IMG/VR virus record: IMGVR_UViG_3300033143_008750
Span: 8,566 to 72,565 of that record
From: a virus
Strand: one strand, 5' to 3'
DNA: 64,000 bases
Shown: positions 1 through 10,033 of the stretch, piece after piece
Position numbering within the stretch: the first letter of the stretch is position 1
Layout: each line of letters starts with the position of its first letter
Program-made: the position numbers and the translations under genes
Notes under the pieces: generated by a model
Databases searched by the model: none
What the model was told of the DNA's origin: nothing
The model's input: only the letters and a program-made list of their open reading frames with translations

Positions 1-164
1 GACTCATAAATCGGCAGCCATGTTGTTAGACTGTTTCGTAGCTTCGGCTTGGGGCAGTGGATAAGTTCTTAACCATCGGGGTTGTACCCAATGGGCAAGG
101 GAGCGAAGGTAATAGCAGGTATGTGTAATCTCAGCACACCACTCTTTCTACAACGGACTATAAT

Positions 165-1301
165 GTGTTTTTAAACAAAATTTATATCATTTCATGGTTC
201 GGGCAACGCACTGATCCTACTCTGCGTAACAAACGTAAAGAATTACATCTAAAACAAATTGAATGGTGTTGGTCACATGATCTTGACATCGTTGTATATG
301 CACAAGACTACGATGAAAGTGATTACGTTGATGGCATAACATACATCAAACACACAGGCGATGTAATTCCGCCAGGACACGCTCGCAATAAATTGCTTGA
401 GCATTACTATCAAACAGACGACGATTTTGCTGTATTCGCAGACAATGATTGTGTTCTCTATGAGCTACCTCAGCACAAAGATTCGATTGACTTCATTGAA
501 CGTCTACGCAAACTAGATATGAAAGACTTTGAATCAGTCGGCATCATAAGTCCTTTGAATCCCGCACGTACAGCATTCTCACAAGACATAGGCAAAGCAA
601 GCTATGATGAGAATTATACCTTCAGACGATATGCGCGGGTCGGCGGCGGACTTCTGTTTATAAAGAACCTACAGAAACACGCGAACGAAAAGTTGTATTT
701 CGATGAAGTGAATTTCGGTTACGTAGACGGTGAACTAATCCCAGGAGAAGACAGCGACTTCGCATACACGCTCTGGAAAGCAGGACACGGAACGTATGCT
801 ACAAATCACGCAATCATGCATGAGTATGGCCGCAAAGCTTCAACGTGGATTGCTGATGATTCGAAACGATACGACAGATACATAGATATATTCGTGCCAA
901 TGATGAATGAGAAACACGGACATATATTGCTGTTAGGCGTTGGCTCTGGTGACTTAGATAAGGGGTACAGCTATTACGGAGTATCTACTCATGTGAACAG
1001 CGGAACGCGAGTACGCTTTGCCCGAGACGCAAAAGACAGAACCAAAGTATTAACGTATCACGGCCACACAGGTATCGAGTTTCATCCTCTGCCTGAGCCA
1101 ATGCAGATCACTGAAATGATTCCGATACTGGAAGCCAGTGACTTGTACAAGACAAACGCAGCATTCAAAAAAGGTGTTGATCGTATGACTGGCAAGGTAG
1201 CCAAGAGCGGAAGAGGCCATTCTCCGAAGCTAAAGACATTCACAAATTGGTCAGTTCTTGACCCAAATAGCCTCCCTGAAAAAATCCAAATTAAGAAATA
1301 A
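165..1301 (+). CDS. GT-A fold glycosyltransferase-like protein with an extra C-terminal domain
   Basis: KIYIIS start, ARNKLL helix, DxD motif (FADNDC), GEDSDF motif typical of GT2-like enzymes. Confidence 0.6.
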   Translation: MFLNKIYIISWFGQRTDPTLRNKRKELHLKQIEWCWSHDLDIVVYAQDYDESDYVDGITYIKHTGDVIPPGHARNKLLEHYYQTDDDFAVFADNDCVLYELPQHKDSIDFIERLRKLDMKDFESVGIISPLNPARTAFSQDIGKASYDENYTFRRYARVGGGLLFIKNLQKHANEKLYFDEVNFGYVDGELIPGEDSDFAYTLWKAGHGTYATNHAIMHEYGRKASTWIADDSKRYDRYIDIFVPMMNEKHGHILLLGVGSGDLDKGYSYYGVSTHVNSGTRVRFARDAKDRTKVLTYHGHTGIEFHPLPEPMQITEMIPILEASDLYKTNAAFKKGVDRMTGKVAKSGRGHSPKLKTFTNWSVLDPNSLPEKIQIKK

Positions 1302-1360
1302 ACAGGTTGACATTCTCTGAAAAGGTGTTAAGCTGTAAGTGAGAGATAGGAGAATACAAA

Positions 1361-1696
1361 ATGGCAATTTCCAAACAGACACGAAAACTCTTAAATGAAC
1401 GTCTGCTTATGATCGACAAACTCCGCCACGAATTTGGCCGAGAATTTGGCGACCCCAATAACCCTGACAGTATTTGTGATAAGTGCGGTTTCCGCAAGGA
1501 TCACAAACTTCATGGCGAACGCTGGAAAGTTCAGTGTTGGGAATCTGAGGCAGGCTGGGGAACATCCTCGATGGGCACAAGCTACTTCGATACGAAGGCC
1601 GCTGCGGACGCGTATGTCCTTGATTATAATAAGGATAATACGGCAAAAGCGGTCCCTAGCTGCTATTTCTACGCAGATACGCCAGTTCAAGTATAA
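1361..1696 (+). CDS. hypothetical early protein
   Basis: ORF with RBS GGAG, downstream of TTGACA at 1307. Confidence 0.6.
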   Translation: MAISKQTRKLLNERLLMIDKLRHEFGREFGDPNNPDSICDKCGFRKDHKLHGERWKVQCWESEAGWGTSSMGTSYFDTKAAADAYVLDYNKDNTAKAVPSCYFYADTPVQV

Positions 1697-1740
1697 TCTT
1701 AAACCATTGATTCCTAAAGGAATTTAAGTGTTGACGCCAC

Positions 1741-1769
1741 TTGACATAGTGGAAAAGCTACTGTATAAT
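1741..1769 (+). promoter_or_regulatory. sigma70-type early promoter
   Basis: TTGACA-17bp-TATAAT; IHF-consensus site at 1700-1712. Confidence 0.85.
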
Positions 1770-1800
1770 TATACTTGAGAATTAGGAAAAGGCTAAATTA

Positions 1801-2205
1801 ATGACTCACATTAATGACGTAATCGAAGCAGTAAAAACTGTCAAAGACTTTGTTAGCGACAGCCAGCTTGAAGCAATGGGCAATGGCGTCCGTGGTGAGG
1901 AAGGCGAATTCTTCAAGACTCTGTTTGTTAAACTTGCAGAGCGAATCAATAACATGCCAGTGACTTACAAAACTGATGGTCAGGGTGACGAGGCAATCGT
2001 TCACTTGCACTATTTCAGAGATAACATGGATTGGTACATTACTGAGAAAGACGTAGGCGACGAGCAGATTCAAGCTTTCGGCCTTGCTGACCTCGGAATG
2101 GGATTTCCTGAGTTGGGTTACATCAGCATCGAGGAACTCGTTGCAAACGGAATCGAACTCGACCTGTATTGGACTCCGAAGACGCTTGGTGAGGTAAAAG
2201 CATGA
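1801..2205 (+). CDS. DUF2958-like protein
   Basis: WYITE..., AFGLADLGMGFPELGYISIEEL, ELDLYWTPKTL match the family pattern as I recall it. Confidence 0.7.
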   Translation: MTHINDVIEAVKTVKDFVSDSQLEAMGNGVRGEEGEFFKTLFVKLAERINNMPVTYKTDGQGDEAIVHLHYFRDNMDWYITEKDVGDEQIQAFGLADLGMGFPELGYISIEELVANGIELDLYWTPKTLGEVKA

Positions 2206-2401
2206 GCCTCTATCACGCATCATTCAAAGGCCGAAAAGTCAACGCACATTTCAAGCCACTTCGTCGTATCGCTGTTGTGCTAGAATCAGACAGCATCTAT
2301 GACGTTAAAGCAAAAGTGAATCAACAGTACGAATTCATTACTAGCTTGTGCGTCACTAATTGTGAAAGTATCGGCGCAGAATTATTCGAAGTAGCAGCAT
2401 A

Positions 2402-2689
2402 ATGCATCAACTTGAAGCAACAGCAACGTCTTATTGTTTTGAAATCTCAATTCCTGAGTTTGAAGCAATGGAGATGCGCGACGAGGAACGCTACGATGAT
2501 GGTGAACAGAAACATCTTTTCGAAATCCTCGATTCGATGGACGGAGTCAATGATACTGAATATAACGGTCATTTCGGCTCATTTGTATATTTCACAGTTA
2601 ACGCCGAACAGTGTAATGATGGCGAAACGCTCAGATTGATCGGCGACATTATTCTCAGGTATGTTCGAGGCGAGGATTTAAGAATATGA
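2402..2689 (+). CDS. acidic hypothetical protein
   Basis: coupled ORF in early operon, D/E-rich. Confidence 0.6.
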   Translation: MHQLEATATSYCFEISIPEFEAMEMRDEERYDDGEQKHLFEILDSMDGVNDTEYNGHFGSFVYFTVNAEQCNDGETLRLIGDIILRYVRGEDLRI

Positions 2690-3165
2690 GCCGTATGACT
2701 GACAAAGAAACCAACAGAGCAGCACTTCGATATTCGCTGACGCTGACAGCAGCAACCGCGTTAGTTATTAGCATGAATGTGTTTGCTGGTGTCAAGCTTG
2801 GTTACGATGTACGAAATTTAGAATGGTGGTTGATTAGCCCTGCGCTGACAATCTTAATCTGTTACATAGCAACAAAGTTGGCAATCAAATGACTCCAATA
2901 GAAGCAAAATTTGCGCGTGAAGCAAAAGCACATCCTACACGCTGGATTATTACGCCTAGCGGTCGCGGTACTTTTACGATAGTGCGAATCGCACCTGATC
3001 TGAGACCTCGTCCACAACTGAGGTTAGTAACATGAATGAACAAGAGAAAGCACTCCGCGAAGCATTTGCGGCAGGAATGGTTGCGCGTGACGCTGGTGCA
3101 GAGTTTGACGAAGCTAATGATTGGTTCGATGCTTACATCGAAGATGAAACTGAGAGGACAGTAAC

Positions 3166-3510
3166 ATGAATCACCCACTTGACAAATATGCGGAAGATTT
3201 GCTGAAAGCTGCCGCCGAAGGTCCAGAAGGAATGGAGAATTGGCTCAAGGATTTGCAGAAAGAAGTCGGCGCTCCCGACGGACCCGAACTTCCTGATTCA
3301 ATCGAAATCGAGTACGAAGACGGTACGAAAAAAACGTTTGAAGTGCCGACGTTTTATAGTTTCGACAATCCTGCTCCGCAAGAGGTGATCGACAGTTGGA
3401 GCGAGGACGAGGATGAGTACTTTGACGGCGACGGCAACCAAATTAAGCCTTTCGATCACCAAATTCCAATCGTTGATCCTGACTTGCCACACGACGAGGA
3501 CGAAGAATGA
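3166..3510 (+). CDS. highly acidic hypothetical protein (possible DNA mimic)
   Basis: very D/E-rich 114 aa ORF with RBS GAGG. Confidence 0.55.
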   Translation: MNHPLDKYAEDLLKAAAEGPEGMENWLKDLQKEVGAPDGPELPDSIEIEYEDGTKKTFEVPTFYSFDNPAPQEVIDSWSEDEDEYFDGDGNQIKPFDHQIPIVDPDLPHDEDEE

Positions 3511-3659
3511 GCTACATCGAAATGATCGACTATGCACTAGAAGAAGCCGCAGGCACAATGTGTTGGGCTTGGTTTAGGCTTATGTGTTTTTATTACTCAA
3601 TTGTAGTGTATGGTGAATTTCACTATATGCTTCCTTGGGGATAAGGTCCAGGATTGATA

Positions 3660-3827
3660 ATGTTCATCACGAACCAAATTGAGTTTGATGCAGCAGCAGA
3701 TCAACTTGAAGCATACTTGCTGATAAAAGATCCGACTAATGAAGAATACGCACAATTTCAGGCTCTTGCAAGACACATGGAAATCTATGTAGAATCGCAG
3801 CCTACCGATCAAGAAACAATGCACTAA
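3660..3827 (+). CDS. 55-aa protein resembling the N-terminal domain of HigA-type antitoxins
   Basis: hand-translated MFITNQIEFDAAADQLEAYLLIKDPTNEEYAQFQALARHMEIYVESQPTDQETMH; RBS AGGA; not in the ORF track. Confidence 0.45.
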   Translation: MFITNQIEFDAAADQLEAYLLIKDPTNEEYAQFQALARHMEIYVESQPTDQETMH

Positions 3828-3839
3828 GGAATTAGACGA

Positions 3840-4220
3840 ATGAATAATTATGAAAGCAAAGACGTATATACTCGCAGACGCGATGATCGAATATACGGAT
3901 TATTTGCGAGGGTGTTTATCAGTCAAGGCGACAGAATTTTCAGCATCAATGATGGTAATTATCAAGTAGATCCTGACTTCCGAACTATCCAAACGTATCA
4001 AGGACACTTCATACATCCTGACGGCATGTTCACGAATCACTCTTGCGATCCGTCTGCGGCGGTCGATGCTTCAATTGGCGTATTGTACGCTTTGCGAGAC
4101 ATAAATCCTGATGAAGAAATCACGTTTGACTATAACGAAAGCGAGTCAGACATTCAATCCAACTTTGACTGTAGCTGTGGCGCAGAGAATTGTGTCGGCA
4201 GAATCGGAGAGGACAAATGA
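3840..4220 (+). CDS. SET-domain protein (lysine methyltransferase family) with post-SET cysteines
   Basis: GLFAR, NHSCDP, ALRDINPDEEITFDY, FDCSCGAENC. Confidence 0.9.
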   Translation: MNNYESKDVYTRRRDDRIYGLFARVFISQGDRIFSINDGNYQVDPDFRTIQTYQGHFIHPDGMFTNHSCDPSAAVDASIGVLYALRDINPDEEITFDYNESESDIQSNFDCSCGAENCVGRIGEDK

Positions 4221-4545
4221 GCATTAAAATACCTGAGAGTGTGGTTCTACGTACACAAAAAGAAGTGTACGAAATACACAACGAATATGCAGAATCTCGC
4301 CGTAAGGTCGAAGAGGCTGAGCGCGCACTTGAACAAGCAAAGAATGTACTCGAATTTAATAAAGGGAATTTTGTCGAAACTTGTAAATTTTTAGACGAAG
4401 TTTCACCGATGGATGCAAACGACGATTGGGATTGGGTGCAAGAAATCGACCCTAATTTCAGGAGAACAGAAAACGATTAAGTAATTCGTAACTAAAATCA
4501 ACAGTTTTCAAGAATAACCTACTGAAATATAGTGGAATTTACTCC

Positions 4546-4574
4546 TTGACAATGCGGTAAAAAACACGTATAAT
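4546..4574 (+). promoter_or_regulatory. sigma70-type promoter for DNA ligase
   Basis: TTGACA-17bp-TATAAT. Confidence 0.85.
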
Positions 4575-4603
4575 ATACATACAAATTGAGAAAAGGCCCC
4601 AAA

Positions 4604-5935
4604 ATGATCTATCAAATTATCGAAGAAATCAAAGCCGATTCAAGCAAAAACGCTAAAATCGCAATCCTCACGAAACACAAGGATAACAAACTTTTGCAGC
4701 GCGTGATCGTTGCATGTTACAGTCCTTACATTCAGTACTACATTCGCAAAATCCCTTCTTATTCTGCTGCTAGTCGATCTAATCCAATTACGTTGGACAA
4801 AGCACTTGATTCGTTGAATGCGTTGACTACTCGCGCTGTCACTGGTCACGCAGCAATCGACTACTTAGTTGATCTCCTCGAACGTCTTAGTGCAGAAGAG
4901 GCATACATTTTGACGCGAATCATCTTGAAGTCGATGGACGCTGGTTTCTCAGAATCTACAGCAAACAAAGTCTGGAAGAAACTTGTTCCGACTTATCCTT
5001 GTTTGCTTGCAAAAGGTTGTGACGAGAAAACAATCAAACGTATGTCTTGGCCTGCATTTAGTCAGTTGAAAGCTGACGGTATGCGAATCAACGTACATGC
5101 TACTGATACACAGACCAACATTAACATTAACTTGTGTGGTCGAAGTGGCAAAGCAGTCGATATACTCGGCGAACTTGACACAGATATGATTAAGTTAGCA
5201 TCACACATTAATCATCCTGAAGGTGACTTTATGATTGACGGCGAACTCATATTACTTGAGGATGACGGTTCAGTTATGGAGCGCAAGAAGGGCAACGGTA
5301 AGTTGAACAAAGCGATTCGCGGCAAGATGCCTGCGGACGAAGCAGCAAAAGTACGTATTCGCGTTTGGGACATTATCGGCGCAGAGTCATTCAAAAATGA
5401 AAAAGACGAAACTCCGTATAGCGAACGATTCGAAATGCTCAAGCAAGCTGTCGAAGCGGCCGGCCCAGGTAAGTACGAATTAATCGAAACAATCGAAGTT
5501 GCCGACATTGGCGAAGCACAAGCACACTTCAAGCAAATGCTCAATCGTGGCGAAGAAGGTTCATTGCTGAAAAGCTTCGATCATGTTTGGGAAGACAAGC
5601 GGTCTTACGGTCTGCTCAAGATGAAAGCAATCAAAGACGCTGACCTCGAAGTTGTTGATTGGGTCGAAGGTACTGGCAAATACGAAGGTATGCTTGGTGC
5701 ATTGGTCTGTCAGTCTTCGGACGGCAAGGTCGAGGTGAGTGTTGGTTCAGGTTTCTCAGATGCTCAACGTAGGAAGTTTACGCGCAAAGCGACTGTAGGT
5801 CGTGTTATCGAAATTCTGTACAACGAGCGCATTTCAAGTCGTGATCGTACAGATGTTGATAGCTTGTTTCTTCCGCGATTTGTAGAATTGCGTGAGGACA
5901 AGGACGTAGCTAACAGTTCAGCAGAGATTTCATAA
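4604..5935 (+). CDS. ATP-dependent DNA ligase (T4 gp30-like)
   Basis: KADGMR adenylation motif, IDGEL, EEGSLLK, KMK, VSVGSGFSD, SLFLPRF; ATG 4604 chosen after RBS. Confidence 0.95.
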   Translation: MIYQIIEEIKADSSKNAKIAILTKHKDNKLLQRVIVACYSPYIQYYIRKIPSYSAASRSNPITLDKALDSLNALTTRAVTGHAAIDYLVDLLERLSAEEAYILTRIILKSMDAGFSESTANKVWKKLVPTYPCLLAKGCDEKTIKRMSWPAFSQLKADGMRINVHATDTQTNININLCGRSGKAVDILGELDTDMIKLASHINHPEGDFMIDGELILLEDDGSVMERKKGNGKLNKAIRGKMPADEAAKVRIRVWDIIGAESFKNEKDETPYSERFEMLKQAVEAAGPGKYELIETIEVADIGEAQAHFKQMLNRGEEGSLLKSFDHVWEDKRSYGLLKMKAIKDADLEVVDWVEGTGKYEGMLGALVCQSSDGKVEVSVGSGFSDAQRRKFTRKATVGRVIEILYNERISSRDRTDVDSLFLPRFVELREDKDVANSSAEIS

Positions 5936-6923
5936 TGAGTGAAAGTGATTTTATCATTCATCACGTTGAAAAGTGTGACGGCAGGTGGCGCATATCATAT
6001 GAGCGCCGCAGCGAATGGAAGCCTAAGACGGTATTTTTAGATGAACTGTTAGATGAACTTAATGTTAACAGTGAGGTGAAGTGATGAAATTCGCAATTAT
6101 GTGGTTTGGCATTGGGACGTTTGTTGCAATTGTAAACTTCACTCAGTGGTGCTTCGATGGCTGCTTGATTGGAGAAGGCCCTGAGGATCGGTTTTACTAT
6201 CTCAGTGGCATGTTGCAGAACGTTTTCTTTGGATTTGTTTTTGGCCCGATTCTTCTGGTTATACAGATCACACAGGGCATGCCGATTCTTCCGCAGAAGC
6301 ACACACTTGCTTCAAAAACTTCACGACGATCAGAATGACTGAGATTTTTCTCTTAATTATCTTGCCATTCATTCTAGATGAGAATGACATAGTGTTTATT
6401 AGCCATCGAAAGCTGCGTAAGACAAAGCAAAAACTCTTACGTCGCAAAGCAGCAAGAGATTCAAAATGAAACTCTACCAAGAAACACGCTTACAAGCATT
6501 GATGATTTTATCTACTGCTATCGGTTTAGTTGCAGCATTAGTATTGCTAGCAGCTGGACTCATACAAAGTCACCTACCGTATTTGATTTATGCAGGTATT
6601 GATCTAATAATCGTGTTTATTGTTATCTCAATCGGTCATCGACGCGCCTTAGCAGTAATGGCTCGCGTGAAAAAGATTGGCGAAGGCAATGGCAATGCAG
6701 CAGATGACCTTGAATGGTTAAAGTCGAGGAAAAAAAGATGATTGCTGTTTTGTGTGCCATTTTGTGTCCTATGCTTGTAATTCTAGGCGTTGTTAGTATT
6801 AGCGGAGCGCCGAACATGACTTGGTATGAAAAAGCATTTTCGCCGACAATGATTTACGCAGGATTGGCTTGCGGTTTATACGCAATATATTCACTTATTA
6901 CATTTATTTTCTGAGGTAATACA

Positions 6924-7193
6924 ATGGATATTCAATTTCTTGGTTGGTGCAAGAACGAAAAATCAGACAAAGTTTGGGGTATTGTGAAGAAAGACGATGG
7001 CCTCTACGTAACATTTTGGGGCCGGCGCGGTGCGAAGCTTCAAAAGAAATTGATCGAAATGGAATCTTATGATGCGAGTGCGCTGATCCGTTCAAAAGAG
7101 AAGAAAGGCTATCGTGAGGTTCAGAAGGACGACATGGAAATGGTTCACGATTCGTTGCGTAAGCACGTTTTCAAAATCGGTTTGTCAATTTAG
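6924..7193 (+). CDS. WGR-domain protein
   Basis: SDKVWG...VTFWGRRG...SKEKKGY. Confidence 0.75.
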   Translation: MDIQFLGWCKNEKSDKVWGIVKKDDGLYVTFWGRRGAKLQKKLIEMESYDASALIRSKEKKGYREVQKDDMEMVHDSLRKHVFKIGLSI

Positions 7194-7389
7194 GAATTAT
7201 CATGCCAAGAGAACCATATTCATACGAAATCGTTTCGGAGCCGTTACTCGGTTGGCCTACGATTAACCTTATATGCGACGATTTAACAATTCGCACTGTT
7301 ACAATGCCAATTAATGTAACAGAGGATCTTGTTGCATTACTCAACCAAGTGTACCAGAGAGGGTACTTAGAAGGACAAGCAGGGACATA

Positions 7390-7683
7390 ATGAAAATTGG
7401 TGATACAATCTATTTTCTTTACGATTACATGCTTGAGCGTGGAACAGTAATTGGCATCGGCCCCGTAAACGTTCGTGTACAGTTCGGGTCGGGATACATA
7501 ACTCGTCAAGTACACGCAAAATGCGCAATGCCTGACGAGTCAATTGCAGTCGTTTGGGAATTGCACAAAGGTCGTAATGGCCGTGGCGGATACAGGCTGG
7601 AACGCGAATTGTATGCTAACGAACGTGTACCAGCGAAGGATTGGAAGTATCAAACATACGTATATGAAAAGGTAGCCCCGTAA
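7390..7683 (+). CDS. SH3/KOW-like hypothetical protein
   Basis: MKIGDTIY...GTVIGIG..VRVQF beta-barrel pattern. Confidence 0.45.
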   Translation: MKIGDTIYFLYDYMLERGTVIGIGPVNVRVQFGSGYITRQVHAKCAMPDESIAVVWELHKGRNGRGGYRLERELYANERVPAKDWKYQTYVYEKVAP

Positions 7684-8789
7684 TGGAAACATATTATCTC
7701 ATATTACTTGTGCCAGTAATTATCGCACTGATCGCTCGCCTAAAGTTTAAAGTGTCGATCACATGGCCTGAGACGGCAGCGCAAATTGCTATAATGAGTT
7801 TAGTCTTATCAATAGTTTGGCTTGCAGGTAGTTGGAGTCAGACGCACGATACTGAAATTTGGAACGGTGAAATAACAAGTAAGCACAGAGACCATGATAC
7901 ATACGAACAAGCTTATGATTGCTTCTGCACTACTGATAGTGACGGCTACGAATCTTGTTCAACTTGTTACGAAACTCATTATACAGTTGATTGGTATTTG
8001 AAAAGTACAATCGGCAATATTCGAATTGATTATAAAGACAGCACATGGAGAAGTGTCTACGATAAGCCTGATCCACAGAATTACAAAGATGCGTATGTCG
8101 GCGAAGCATGTTCGGACACTCGCGGCTACACGAACTACATCAAAGCTGTGCCTGATAGTCTGTTCAACATGGAAGACGCGGTGTACGAACAATTTGATAG
8201 CCTGATTCCATCGTATCCAACTGTATATGGCAAGTATCACGTAGATCATGTTATCACAATGGGAATGGGCAGCAATCTTGCAATACGAGATTGGAATGAC
8301 TACTTAGCAGGAAAGTTGAGAAAACTCGGTCCCGCTAGTCAAGCAAACGTTATCGTTGTTATTGCAAATACAGCAGACCAGACATATCGCCACGCCCTTG
8401 AAACAGCGTGGGTTGGCGGTAAGAAAAATGATGTTATTGTTATCGCTGGTGTAACGAACTATCCGCAGATTGATTGGGTGGACATAATTACACTCGGCCA
8501 AAACGCTGGCAACGGATTAATGACAGTCAAGATTCGTGACGATCTAATGGAACTCGGATCAGTTGAAAGCGGCCAAGCATTTATTGATGTAGTTGCGACG
8601 AATGTTGGACAGCACTTTGATCGCAAGCCGATGGCAGATTTTGAATACTTGAAAGACGATATACAACCTGCAACTTGGGTGTTAATAACGGCTTTCATTC
8701 TAGCGTTCTTTTTGAGCGCAGGTTTAACATGGGCATTTCATGTTTATGATCCGTTCGGCAGTAATTATCGCCGTCGCCGATACTATTAA
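7683..8789 (+). CDS. membrane protein with TPM-like extracytoplasmic domain
   Basis: two N-terminal and one C-terminal TM segment; ANVIVVIA...AWVGGKKNDVIVI. Confidence 0.55.
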   Translation: METYYLILLVPVIIALIARLKFKVSITWPETAAQIAIMSLVLSIVWLAGSWSQTHDTEIWNGEITSKHRDHDTYEQAYDCFCTTDSDGYESCSTCYETHYTVDWYLKSTIGNIRIDYKDSTWRSVYDKPDPQNYKDAYVGEACSDTRGYTNYIKAVPDSLFNMEDAVYEQFDSLIPSYPTVYGKYHVDHVITMGMGSNLAIRDWNDYLAGKLRKLGPASQANVIVVIANTADQTYRHALETAWVGGKKNDVIVIAGVTNYPQIDWVDIITLGQNAGNGLMTVKIRDDLMELGSVESGQAFIDVVATNVGQHFDRKPMADFEYLKDDIQPATWVLITAFILAFFLSAGLTWAFHVYDPFGSNYRRRRYY

Positions 8790-8805
8790 GTTAGTGGAGT
8801 AGAAA

Positions 8806-9072
8806 ATGAAAACATTTATGATTATGATTATGATTGTATTTGTATTGGGTGCATGTGCGCCAGCCTCACAGAAGACACTTGACCTTCGTGAAGAACGAGC
8901 ATATGACCAGCAAGAACGTGAAATACAGTTCGACAAAGATACACAACGCTGTGACTTACAAACTCACATGATGGCAATTGATCGTCGGCTCGGCCATGCA
9001 ACACGCAACCAAGTAGTTAGAAACGTGCCAGGTCGTGGTGACAAATGGTATTGTGTAAGACGCACACATTAA
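8806..9072 (+). CDS. putative lipoprotein
   Basis: hydrophobic signal with lipobox LGAC. Confidence 0.6.
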   Translation: MKTFMIMIMIVFVLGACAPASQKTLDLREERAYDQQEREIQFDKDTQRCDLQTHMMAIDRRLGHATRNQVVRNVPGRGDKWYCVRRTH

Positions 9073-9099
9073 TAAGTAATTTTAAACAGGAGTAACAAA

Positions 9100-9681
9100 A
9101 TGAAGTATCAAAGAGGTGTAGCAGGTTGGGTATTTTTGGGCATAGTGTCAGCAATTGCATTTGTAATTATTGGCTCATATGTAACAAACGCCAACTATGG
9201 TAATCGTGCAGAGCGCGGTCTTGAAGCAGTAAAGGCCGACAACATGAACATTCGTTCAACTCACTCGCTCAAGATCATGGAACTTGCACAAATTCCAGCG
9301 ATGTACAAGAATGATATTATTGAGATTTACACAGCAGCGATCAGTGCGCGCTACGGCGAAGAAGGTTCGCAGGCTATGTTTCAGTTCTTGAAGGAACAGA
9401 ATCCTAATATCGACGCAAGCGTGTATAAAGCAATTCAGCAAGAGATTACTGCAGGTCGTAATGAGTTTAAGGTCGCACAGACTCGGCTCGTAGATCAGAA
9501 GCGTGTATACGTTACTAATCTCGGTTATGTCTGGAAGGGCTTTTGGCTTGAGCAAGCAGGTTATCCGATGTTGAATGTCGGCTTCCAAGGCGGATCAGAT
9601 GATTTCGGAGTTGTCCTCAGTGGCGACACGAATGAAATCTTTGAATCTGGCATCGACAAGCCTCTCGTACTTAGTCAGTAA
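9100..9681 (+). CDS. LemA-like membrane-anchored protein
   Basis: N-terminal TM then helical domain with EQNPNID..YKAIQQEI..GRNEF..AQ, echoing LemA. Confidence 0.55.
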   Translation: MKYQRGVAGWVFLGIVSAIAFVIIGSYVTNANYGNRAERGLEAVKADNMNIRSTHSLKIMELAQIPAMYKNDIIEIYTAAISARYGEEGSQAMFQFLKEQNPNIDASVYKAIQQEITAGRNEFKVAQTRLVDQKRVYVTNLGYVWKGFWLEQAGYPMLNVGFQGGSDDFGVVLSGDTNEIFESGIDKPLVLSQ

Positions 9682-9682
9682 A

Positions 9683-10033
9683 ATGATCTGGAACCCAATC
9701 AAAAATCGTAGGCTTCGCAGGGACTGGCGTCTTGTCGGTACCCTCGAAGCCATTTACACATGGACAGATTTGGACAATGAAAAAGATACAGCATACTATT
9801 ATCTAAAAGAGAATGGTATGGGTGAAAGAAAATGCATACACGACGGAACTGGTAATCTTGGCAAAGATGGACGAAATTCACCGGCCTGGGCGGAACGTAA
9901 ACGAGTATCACATCCGATATATTTAGAGAAAATTCGTCCTTGGCTTGAAGGTAGATACGATCCCGATATTCCAAGTTATGAATCAATCAAAGCAAAAGAA
10001 TTCAAAGATAAACTTGCAGGAAAAATTACATGA
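9683..10033 (+). CDS. paralog family B protein (YLxEN.G.RK / PWL.GR..P.IP.YE) with C-terminal FxxxLxG motif
   Basis: clear similarity to ORFs at 21564, 21917 and 22264; likely start ATG 9683. Confidence 0.7.
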   Translation: MIWNPIKNRRLRRDWRLVGTLEAIYTWTDLDNEKDTAYYYLKENGMGERKCIHDGTGNLGKDGRNSPAWAERKRVSHPIYLEKIRPWLEGRYDPDIPSYESIKAKEFKDKLAGKIT

